From: Thermoanaerobaculia bacterium
Lineage (GTDB): Bacteria; Acidobacteriota; Thermoanaerobaculia; Multivoradales; Multivoraceae
Length of the DNA stretch: 64,000 nucleotides
Reading direction: 5' to 3'
NCBI GenBank assembly: GCA_963664405.1
Contig: OY761158.1
Location: 1,408,001 to 1,472,000, forward strand
Shown here: piece after piece, positions 10,526-18,931 of the stretch
Numbering within the stretch: position 1 is the first letter of the stretch
Layout of the letters: each line of letters starts with the position of its first letter
Made by a program: the position numbers and the translations under genes
Notes under the pieces: generated by a model
The model's database searches: none
Told to the model about the DNA's origin: nothing
What the model saw: only the letters and a program-made list of their open reading frames with translations

Positions 10526-10678
10526 GCCGGAGCCCCCGAGGATTAATTATTGGTCGTGACAACTGCGACCGTGTAGTGTCAATGGTCCGGCCAAGGCAGA
10601 CCATTACAGGCCTCGTAGCTCATCTCAACTGGCGCGAATGGCGCCGTCGTCGGATGGAAAATCCGGAGGGGCCTCGGC
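10526..10678 (+). ncRNA. Candidate retron msr-msd ncRNA
   Basis: Imperfect 19-nt terminal inverted repeat (10526-10544 / 10660-10678) enclosing hairpins at 10552-10570, 10581-10605 and ~10621-10656, directly upstream of a retron-type RT. Confidence 0.6.
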
Positions 10679-10688
10679 GCTTCCTGTC

Positions 10689-12444
10689 GTGAGCATCAAT
10701 TCACTGGACCGCGAGATGCGCGAGCGTTTCCTAGCTGTGGAATCGCGTGCTGAACTAGCAACGATCATCGGATTCAGTGACCGGGAGCTCTGCAACATCC
10801 TGTACGGTCGCGGCGAGCGGTCGAAATACCGCACGTTTGAGACTCCTAAAAAGAGGGGCGGCAAGAGAACTATTTCGGCACCACCACACAGGCTGCGCAA
10901 CCTGCAATCTAAGCTCGCCGATGTGCTCTACAAAGTATTTGAACCGCGAGCTTGTGTACACGGATTCGTTCGCGGTCGCAGCATCGTAACTAACGCCGAA
11001 AAAACACTGCGGGAGAAGGTACCTCTTGAATATCGATCTCGAGGACTTCTTCCCTACGATTCACCTCGGCCGAGTACGGGGCGTCTTTACGAGCCCTCCT
11101 TTCAACATGCCTCCGGCGATCGCGACTGTCATCGGGCAGATCGCCTGCGATACTGACGGCAAGCTACCGCAGGGCGCGCCGACGTCGCCCATTGTGTCGA
11201 ATCTAGTTTGCGGGCCGCTTGACACAAGCCTTCAGCGACTCGCTCAGTCGAACGGTAGCTTCTACCCACGATATGCCGACGACATGAGCTTCTCGACCAA
11301 CAGAAGCAAGTTCCCCGATGACCTCGGCCACAGGCTCCCTGGCGGTACCTTTTCCGTTGGACCGCATCTTCGGTCACTCATAGTAAGCCACGGCTTCAGA
11401 ATCAACTTCCACAAGGTGTGGCTGAGAACGAGTGCAGAACATCAGGAAGTGACGGGCCTCACGGTCAACGAGTTTCCTAACATCACGCGGCGTGTAATCA
11501 GACAAACCCGCGCGATTCTCCACAACTGGGACACTACTTCGCTGGGCCAAGCAGCGCAGGTCTTTTCTCAAAAGTGCACTTCAGGTCAACCCACCGGCGA
11601 AGATGCATTCAAGCGTTTCGTTCACGGCCGGCTTTCGTTCATTGGGATGGTCCGCGGTCCAGACGACCCGGTCTACCGTCGGCTTGCAACGAAGCTCGCG
11701 TTCATCGAAAAAAGGACGCCTCCGGACTCGGGCGGGGCGGGGCCCGCGCCGTTGCGAGGAGGGCAAGCCACGACTTCGGGGTGGCAGAGAGTATATGACC
11801 GACTCCGAGAGCACCTGTACCTGCTCCAACTGGACCACGCCCAATCGGATGAGTTTGCTGCTGACCAGCTCGGAACCGCCTTTGGCTATGAGAGAGACCT
11901 CCTGATCACGGCAGGGCACAACCTGGACGGGTTTGACGTCCGCGCGATGGATCATTCGCTTCCGGAGAACGGGATCACTCCAATCAAAGTGAAGTTTCTG
12001 AACGAGCCCCATGGCGTCGACTGTGGTCTCATAACTTTGCCTCCGAATTCGCGTCGAGGATGGCCAGGACAAATCCCAACCCAGGAGCGAATCCCGCAAG
12101 TTGGAGAGGAGGTCGCGACGATAGGGTACCCCCCCCGTTGCCCTGCAGCGGCCCTCGTTAGAAGCCTAAGAGGAGACGTTCAGTTTATCCAGGTGAACTT
12201 TCGGCAAGATCCGGGCCTCAGCGGCTCGCCGCTCGTCGACAAGCGGGGCTATGTACTCGGTATTGTCGTCGAGAATGCCCTCCAGAAGCCCAAACGCACG
12301 GGGATCGATGAAGAGGCCAGCAGCGCCTCCACTGAACATGGTCAGGTACTACCTCTTGGTTACGTGCATCGACTACGGCAAATCGATTGGGGAAGTCGAG
12401 CCGGCAGCACACTGCCGGCACCAGCGATTCCCTCGTCGGAATAG
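10689..12444 (+). CDS. Retron-type reverse transcriptase fused to a C-terminal trypsin-like serine protease (type XI-like); split by an extra A at 10999-11004
   Basis: Removing one A joins the two ORFs: SIVTNAEKHCGRRYLLNIDLEDFFPTI (retron NAxxH), LPQGAPTSP, RYADD, QEVTGLTVN (VTG); protease motifs ITAGHN, VDCGLI, GYP and PGLSGSPL. Start could be 10638, 10689 or 10716. Confidence 0.88.
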
Positions 12445-12594
12445 CTGTGGCGTGAAACTCTATGAACACCGGGCTAGCCAAATCGCCTGGCGGCACGTGC
12501 TGAACTCTCGGAACCGAGCGCCCCGGCTGTGAGCTTCTTCGGGAGAGGAGTGCGTCCCCAGGCTTATCTGCAGACGGGTCGCGCAGCGGTCTGT

Positions 12595-13224
12595 CTAGAC
12601 CGAAGCACTCTGGCGAGTACTTACGGCCTCGTACCAGCGCTTTGTACGGCTGTGCCCGTCTTCCGGGCCGAGCTTGACCCAACCTGCGAAGTCGACGACA
12701 ACGAGTGCGGTGATATCGGCCAGCGAGAAGCTGCTGCCTGCCAAGTATTCGGAGTCGGCCAGGCGCTGGTCCAGCATAGCGAAGAACTCGACCCCCCGGG
12801 CCAGCCCGCGCTCGGCGAGCTCGGGGATCTGCTCGTAGTTTGTAGGCCCGGTAACGGCTCGCCCAGCCATTCGCTTGCTGCGATTACGCAGCGCGTCGGC
12901 GATCGGCCAGAGTCCTTCTAGCTCGACGCGTGCGTTCCAGCTCGAGACCAGTCCGCGCTCCTCAGGTGTCGTTCCCATCAGCCGGGGCTCGGGCACCATA
13001 GCTTCCAAGTAGGTCGCGATCCCGATGTTCTCGGTGAGGCAGGTCCCATCGTCGAGCTGGAGTACGGGGACGGTGCAGCGTGGGTTGATCTCTTTGAAGG
13101 TATCGGTAAGTTGCTCTCGTTGCCGGAGATTGACCTCGACGGTCTCGACAGTGAGACCTTTCTCGGCGATGAAAATGCGTGCCCGGCGCGGGCTCGGAGC
13201 CGTCTGACAGTCGTAGAACTTCAT
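12595..13224 (-). CDS. Glutathione S-transferase family protein
   Basis: APSPRRARIF, INPRCTVPVL and FSLADITAL motifs. Confidence 0.9.
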   Translation of the reverse strand: MKFYDCQTAPSPRRARIFIAEKGLTVETVEVNLRQREQLTDTFKEINPRCTVPVLQLDDGTCLTENIGIATYLEAMVPEPRLMGTTPEERGLVSSWNARVELEGLWPIADALRNRSKRMAGRAVTGPTNYEQIPELAERGLARGVEFFAMLDQRLADSEYLAGSSFSLADITALVVVDFAGWVKLGPEDGHSRTKRWYEAVSTRQSASV

Positions 13225-13262
13225 ATGCTTCCTCCGGGAGTCGAGCCTGGCGACGCGCCGGG

Positions 13263-14135
13263 TCAAGCAGTCGCAGGCCTGTCGTGCGTTGATTTGCTCA
13301 GGATCTCGTCAAGAACAGGTTTGATCATCTGCTTGAAGAGCTCAGGGTTCTCTGACATCGGAAAGTGCCCGAGGCCCGACATGAGCTCGCACTGAGCCCC
13401 AGGAATCCGTGCCCGGATCTCCTCTAGATGAGCCGACGTACAAGCCCAGTCGTACTCGCCATTGAGCACATAAACCGCTACCCGGTCGGTCTCGATCTCT
13501 TCGACGACGTCTCGCAAATCATGGTCGATCGAGAAGTAGAAGAGATCACCCTTGAATACCGGCGGCGCTCCCTGGCTGTATACCCACGCTGTCTCCCGCT
13601 TCGCCCACTCGGGACTGGTCGGCGCCATCAGCCCATACATCATCGACGCCTTGAAGTCGTTCGATACCCGAGGGTGGTTTAGGGTGTCGATGAACCCTCC
13701 CGGCGTGAACAGAGCCGCCTCCAGACCGATGACGGCTCTGAAGCGATCCGCATGCTGGTGAGCCAGATCGAGAGCGAGATGCCCTCCTATCGAGCTCCCC
13801 ATATACACAGGGCGGTCGAGATCAAGCGCATCAGCCAGAGCCAGCGGCACCGACATCAGAAAACTCTTGGTCAGCTTGTACTCCTCGGCCCACCACTCCT
13901 CCGAGGTGGGCGGGACAGATTTGCCGTGAAAGGGAAGGTCGTAAGCGATGACCCGAAAATCTCGCGTGGTCTCACTGTCGGCGAGCAAGTGCCGCCACTG
14001 CCGCCCGTCGGCACCCGCTGTGTGTTGCAGAACTAGGGGCACACCCGAGCCGGCCTCCTCGAAGTAGACGCGATACTCGACGCCCTCGATCTCCAGGTAC
14101 ACATACCGTCCGGTGACCTCGTCGAACTTAGCCAT
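13263..14135 (-). CDS. Alpha/beta hydrolase
   Basis: HTAGADG, DLPFHGKS, GSSIGG nucleophile elbow and GHFPMSE. Confidence 0.85.
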   Translation of the reverse strand: MAKFDEVTGRYVYLEIEGVEYRVYFEEAGSGVPLVLQHTAGADGRQWRHLLADSETTRDFRVIAYDLPFHGKSVPPTSEEWWAEEYKLTKSFLMSVPLALADALDLDRPVYMGSSIGGHLALDLAHQHADRFRAVIGLEAALFTPGGFIDTLNHPRVSNDFKASMMYGLMAPTSPEWAKRETAWVYSQGAPPVFKGDLFYFSIDHDLRDVVEEIETDRVAVYVLNGEYDWACTSAHLEEIRARIPGAQCELMSGLGHFPMSENPELFKQMIKPVLDEILSKSTHDRPATA

Positions 14136-14553
14136 CGATCGGCTCTCCCCCACCCGTCTCCCGCTCAACCGCCACATAGGATTCGCGTAGTAACTCGAGC
14201 AGCCGACCGACGGCTCGGTAGTAGGCGTAAAAGGTCATGCGATCCCCACCGATCTCGAAGCCGTGGTGCACCTGAGCGCCCCAGAGGTCCTGATAGTAGG
14301 GCGGCGGTACCGGCTCGAGCAGCTTCTTCCAGTCGTCCTCCGGCGCCTCGATCGTGATCGTCGACGGGTAAGAGTGGCGCCGCGCAAAGTCCGACGCCTC
14401 AATCTTGAGCACTTCACCGTCGTGAATATGAATGCAGTAGCGAGCCTTCCCAATGCCGAGCTCGACGCAGGTGTCGAGGTATCGGCCAGCCAGACGAAGC
14501 TCGGGATCTTCGCAGGCCGCCTTCTGGAGCTCGGCAACAGGGATCTCGATCAT
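14128..14553 (-). CDS. Small hypothetical protein (SCP2-like fold possible), coupled to the hydrolase
   Basis: 141-aa ORF overlapping the hydrolase start. Confidence 0.55.
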   Translation of the reverse strand: MIEIPVAELQKAACEDPELRLAGRYLDTCVELGIGKARYCIHIHDGEVLKIEASDFARRHSYPSTITIEAPEDDWKKLLEPVPPPYYQDLWGAQVHHGFEIGGDRMTFYAYYRAVGRLLELLRESYVAVERETGGGEPIDG

Positions 14554-14583
14554 GCACGCTCCCAGAGTGATGCGACCATTTTG

Positions 14584-15189
14584 CTAAAGCCCCCGCGCAA
14601 CACCAAGGAGTTGGTGAGGTCGATGGACCCCACTCGCCATGAGGCCGAAGAACCCCATCGCGCGAATCACTTCTTGCTCACCATCGCCGGATGCTACAAG
14701 CGTAAGCTGGACGGCGGACTCCAGCTTCTCGACGTCCATCTTCCAACCCCGAAACTCGCCCATTGCGTCGACATGCACCGGCACGACCCTGGCCAGCGCT
14801 TCGAGAGTCGGTGCGGGCCCGGAGACTCGAATCTCGAGGCCCCGCTCGATCTCTCGTTCCTCCGCCACCGCACGTAGCATCACTTCGTCGAGATCAACCA
14901 GATGCTGCCGAAGCCGGTTGATACTCACCCGGCTCCAGTCTGTGTTGGGATCCGCCAGAAGCAGACCGACGACTTCTTGAATGGCCGCGATCGCGTCCTG
15001 TCCCACACTGCGAGAGGCCACCTTGGCCGGCGAGTCGTGATGATGACGCTGGATTCCCAGATCAGAGAAGGGATCTTCGCAGCAGTCTGATCGTATTTGG
15101 GCACCGACCCCTTCGACGCCAGTCGCCGCAATAAACACCAGGGCTGCGAGAACGGCGATGATATTGAAAGACGGTCTCTCTCGGGGCAT
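14584..15189 (-). CDS. Secreted hypothetical protein with His-rich segments
   Basis: Signal peptide; HHH and C-terminal HRPHQL. Confidence 0.55.
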   Translation of the reverse strand: MPRERPSFNIIAVLAALVFIAATGVEGVGAQIRSDCCEDPFSDLGIQRHHHDSPAKVASRSVGQDAIAAIQEVVGLLLADPNTDWSRVSINRLRQHLVDLDEVMLRAVAEEREIERGLEIRVSGPAPTLEALARVVPVHVDAMGEFRGWKMDVEKLESAVQLTLVASGDGEQEVIRAMGFFGLMASGVHRPHQLLGVARGL

Positions 15190-15286
15190 CCTTCACCTCC
15201 AGAAGCGAGTGATCGAAGCACTCAACATTGTATCGACAGTAAAGGGAGCCAGGCGTGGACTTGGAGCGAGGCTCTCTCGTAGATCC

Positions 15287-16591
15287 CTAGGCCCTGCCTG
15301 CCAAGCGATACTCGAGAACCATCTCTTCGCTCAGCGACGTTCCGAACCCCGGCGCTGTCGGGGCGAGGTAGTCACCGCGATCCACCTTCGGCGTCATCGC
15401 ATCGAGCACGGGTGATCCCGCGGGAAAGCTCTCCGCCATCGTGCAACTGGGCGAGGTGAGCGCGATCGGTAGCCCCCATACGCTACCCCCGCGGTGCGGC
15501 ATCATCTCGAGCCCGGCGGCCTCGACCAGATCCCTGATCCTCCTCCCCGCGGTGAGACCACCACACCAGGTGATATCTGGCTGCAGGATCTCGGCCGCCC
15601 CCAGACGCACCAACACGTTGAAGCCGTGCTCGGTGTACTCGTGCTCGCCGCAGGCCACCCGAGTCCACTTCTTTCCCTTGCCGCCGATGCGCTGCACAAG
15701 CTCGGCATAGCCGAAGACGTCGTCGGGCGAGAGCAGCTCCTCCATGAAATAGAGCTTCGCCGTCCGAACCTGCTCGGCGAAGCCAACCGCCCACTCGACA
15801 GTCCCGTTGCGCGACACACAATCGGTCATCAGATTGCCGTCGGGTCCTACCGCCTCACGGGCAGTCATGACTTCCTCGACCACCTTGCTCTGCGCCTCCG
15901 CCGAGGTGTGTGGTCCGATCTGAGGGAAGAGCTTGAAGTGACGCACTCCTTGCGCGCGGGCCGCCGGGATGTCGCCGCCCGACTGGTAGAGCGCGATCCG
16001 ATCCCGCGGCTGCCCGCCGATCATCTTGTAAACGGGCTGCTCAGCGTACTTTCCGGCAATGTCCCACAACGCGTTGTCGACCGAGCTCAACGCCATCGTG
16101 AACAAACCCCGCCGCCCGTAGAACATCGCAGAGCTGTACAGCTGGTCCCACAGCTGCTCGACATTGAGCGGGTTGGCACCCATAAGCAGGTGGCGGAGGT
16201 GACCGTGAATGATCTCGACCGCGGCGCTGCCACCTGCGCCCTGACCATAACCAACGACCCCCTGGTCGGTCTTGATGACAGTGATGATCGCAGACGGGAG
16301 CTGGGCGAAGGGGCCGTCATACCTCCACCGGCGGGGGTCGTCATCGGAGGCGAAGCTCGGCGGGTCGAGCAGACCGTCCGAGCGAGCACCGATATAGACC
16401 GGATAGGCCTTGACCTCGCGGATCTTGATCGGCGGCTTGCTCGAGGCACCCACTGCAGACTTCGCGCCCGCCCCCTGTGCCCCGATCCCGCTCCCCGCTC
16501 CGAGCCCCGCAGCCAGAGCCGCAAAACCGCCGATCCCCAAGAAACTGCGCCGCGTCGCCGACAGCATGATGTCGCCAGTCTCAATTGTCAT
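15287..16591 (-). CDS. Mandelate racemase/muconate lactonising (enolase superfamily) protein, rhamnonate dehydratase-like, with Tat signal
   Basis: TRRSFLG Tat motif; VDNALWDI, KLF, D-E-E metal ligands, GEHE and QPDITWCGG. Confidence 0.8.
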   Translation of the reverse strand: MTIETGDIMLSATRRSFLGIGGFAALAAGLGAGSGIGAQGAGAKSAVGASSKPPIKIREVKAYPVYIGARSDGLLDPPSFASDDDPRRWRYDGPFAQLPSAIITVIKTDQGVVGYGQGAGGSAAVEIIHGHLRHLLMGANPLNVEQLWDQLYSSAMFYGRRGLFTMALSSVDNALWDIAGKYAEQPVYKMIGGQPRDRIALYQSGGDIPAARAQGVRHFKLFPQIGPHTSAEAQSKVVEEVMTAREAVGPDGNLMTDCVSRNGTVEWAVGFAEQVRTAKLYFMEELLSPDDVFGYAELVQRIGGKGKKWTRVACGEHEYTEHGFNVLVRLGAAEILQPDITWCGGLTAGRRIRDLVEAAGLEMMPHRGGSVWGLPIALTSPSCTMAESFPAGSPVLDAMTPKVDRGDYLAPTAPGFGTSLSEEMVLEYRLAGRA

Positions 16592-16618
16592 GCCAGGCAG
16601 TCTACACGCCGCCGTGTC

Positions 16619-17736
16619 TTACCAACTCAAGCGCAGCCCCGTTGTAGCCGACCATCCGCGGTACTCACCGCCGTCACTCGCCCGATCTTCCATCTCGACG
16701 TACTGAACTCCGGTCTGCCACTTGAGCTCGTGCCCATAGAAGTAGTAGTTGACGCCCAAGTAGGCCTCGTCGTAGTGATCCCCACGCCCCTTCTCGACCA
16801 CCGACTCGTAACGGGTGAACCGGACCCCGTTCACGTCGTCGCTGTCGAGCATGGTGTAGCGAAAGACCAGCTGGAGCTTGTCGCTGAGGTTGAGAAAGGG
16901 CATCAACACGACGCCGCTGATGTCGCTTTGCCCCAAGTACCCGGTCGCGGTCGAGACGTCGCCGCGAAAACCCCAGCGCTCGACTTCGTACACCCAGGTC
17001 AGCGAGGCGATGTTCTCGAGATCTCTGGTGAAGCCGTTGTCGGGATCAGGCTCGTTGTCGACAAGGCTGAATCGTAGAAGGGCTTCTTGCGCGTCCAGCG
17101 CATCCGCGAAGTCGTGACCTAGAGTGAGGAGCACGAACTGGCCGGCGTTGAAGTCGCCGAACTCCCGATTGCTGTCTCCCGAAGTGAAGAACCCGGCGTG
17201 TAGATCAGGCCCCGCGCCTCCCCCTTGACACTGATTCCGGGAATGTACTCCTGGCTGTACCAGATGTTGTTGGAGAGGTTGTTGCGGTCGATAGTGATCA
17301 ACCGCTTCGACGAGGTCAGGCCATCGAGAGTGAATCCTGCCGAGTGCTTTCCCACGATGAGGCTTGTGGCAGCGTTCGCCTTCCAGGCGACGTTCGCGTC
17401 GGTCAGACGCAGGTAGAGAGGGTCCGCCTCCTGAGGGTTGAACTCGCCCTCGACGTGAAGAGTGAAGTCGTTTAGGAATGTCGTCTTGAAGCCAAGGCGC
17501 AGACGACGAACGTTGAACTCGTCGTGGCTTCTCTGGCCCTCTTCGAGAACGGCGTAATCCAACTGAAAACGGCCGCTCAGAACGAAGCCCTGGAAGAACG
17601 AATCAGAATCCCCTTCATAGAGCCGCTTGTGATTCCACACCCGGTCGTAGCCGGATTCCTCGGCAAGAGCCTGACGGGTTGAGAGGTGGAAGCAGACTCC
17701 CAAGAGCGCCAGGGCCACACCAAGATGAGATCTCAT
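16619..17736 (-). pseudogene. Phosphate-selective porin (OprO/OprP-like), frameshifted near 17199
   Basis: GRFQLDY and RRLRLG motifs; C-terminal LRLSW; adding one base joins the two ORFs (…LIY?AGFFTSGDSNREFGDF…). May be an assembly error. Confidence 0.7.
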
Positions 17737-17912
17737 TCCTGTTTTCCCCGTTTGACCAATCAAGTGCGCTTCTCGTCGGCGGCGGGAGGTTCCCTCAACC
17801 GCCACGGGTAGCCTAGAGAGGGGGTCCTACGGCTCTGTCACATCGATGTGACAGTCATGTGATGATCGACACAGGCATAGAATGCGGGAAACCCCATCAA
17901 GGAAGACAGGAC

Positions 17913-18305
17913 ATGATGGCGAAGCTTGCTCTTGCGGCGAGGATTCTGCTCGGCCTGGCATTCACCGTTTTCGGCCTCAATGGACTCTTCGAGTTCTTTG
18001 AGGCTCCGCCGATCGAGGGTGCCGGAGGCGAGCTCATCGATGCCTTCATGGCCAGCGGCTACTTCTGGACTTTTCTCAAGCTCTGCGAATCGGCGTGCGG
18101 AATCTTCTTGCTGATTGGACGCTTCGTGCCTCTGGCTCTTCTGGTGCTGGCGCCAATTGTTCTGAACATCCTTCTCTTCCATGTCTTCATGGATCCCGCA
18201 GGACTCCCCATCGGGCTCGTCACCACTGCCCTCGGAATCTTTGTCGCCTACAGCTACCGCGGCTCTTTCGCCGGCGTGCTGAAAGGGGGTGCCCGCCCGA
18301 GCTGA
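17913..18305 (+). CDS. DoxX family membrane protein
   Basis: RILLGLAFTVFGLNG and LAPIVLNILLFH. Confidence 0.8.
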   Translation: MMAKLALAARILLGLAFTVFGLNGLFEFFEAPPIEGAGGELIDAFMASGYFWTFLKLCESACGIFLLIGRFVPLALLVLAPIVLNILLFHVFMDPAGLPIGLVTTALGIFVAYSYRGSFAGVLKGGARPS

Positions 18306-18356
18306 TTGCCCTCGGGGGGGCGAGGTGCTCGCGTCGTCGGCCCCGGTGCGAAACCG

Positions 18357-18836
18357 CTACGCCTTCTTCGCGCCAGGGGCTCGCTTGGAAGCTGTCGAGC
18401 CAGCGGCTTTCTTGCGGGCTCGCGGCGATGGGCTCTTCAACTCCGGCAGCGCCGCTTCGAGCTTATCAAGCCTCTCTTGAAGCCGATTGATCTCGTCTCG
18501 GGCCTCGCGAATCGGCGCCAAACGCTCGAGCGAGGCTCGCATCAGCCGATTCGCGGTGCGCTGAACCTGGTCGACACCAGAGGAGATTCGCTCTCCGCTC
18601 GATCGCACGAGGTCATGAAAGAACTCGGACGAAAGTCGCCCCCGACCGCTGCGCCCCTCATCGAGAATGATCTGCGCCAGGGTCTGGCTGGTGACGATGT
18701 CGCCGCTGACGTTGTCCACCACCTCGATCTCTTCGCCGTCGCGTATCTGATCAGCAATCTGTTCGAGAGAAACGTAGCGGCTCTCTTCCGTGTCGTAGAG
18801 CTTGCGACTTTCGTAGCGTCGGATCATTCTCGTCAC
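18357..18836 (-). CDS. Polyhydroxyalkanoate synthesis regulator (PhaR-like DNA-binding domain)
   Basis: IRRYESRKLYDTEESRYVSLEQIA...TLAQII. Confidence 0.8.
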   Translation of the reverse strand: MTRMIRRYESRKLYDTEESRYVSLEQIADQIRDGEEIEVVDNVSGDIVTSQTLAQIILDEGRSGRGRLSSEFFHDLVRSSGERISSGVDQVQRTANRLMRASLERLAPIREARDEINRLQERLDKLEAALPELKSPSPRARKKAAGSTASKRAPGAKKA

Positions 18837-18931
18837 GGCCTCCCTTTCGTTGCCGCGCTGCGGCGAGATTCATCTTACCGCACTGCGGCATTTTGTAAAG
18901 ACTGGCCTGAAAGCTCGATAGTCTAGGAGAG

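Noticed and set aside
10638-12444. Group II intron or DGR interpretation of the RT
   Set aside because: It has retron NAxxH and VTG motifs; no maturase/endonuclease domain, intron domain V or TR/VR repeat pair was seen
15494-17077. 527-aa ORF on the plus strand
   Set aside because: Antisense to the enolase-family and porin genes; a typical high-GC shadow ORF
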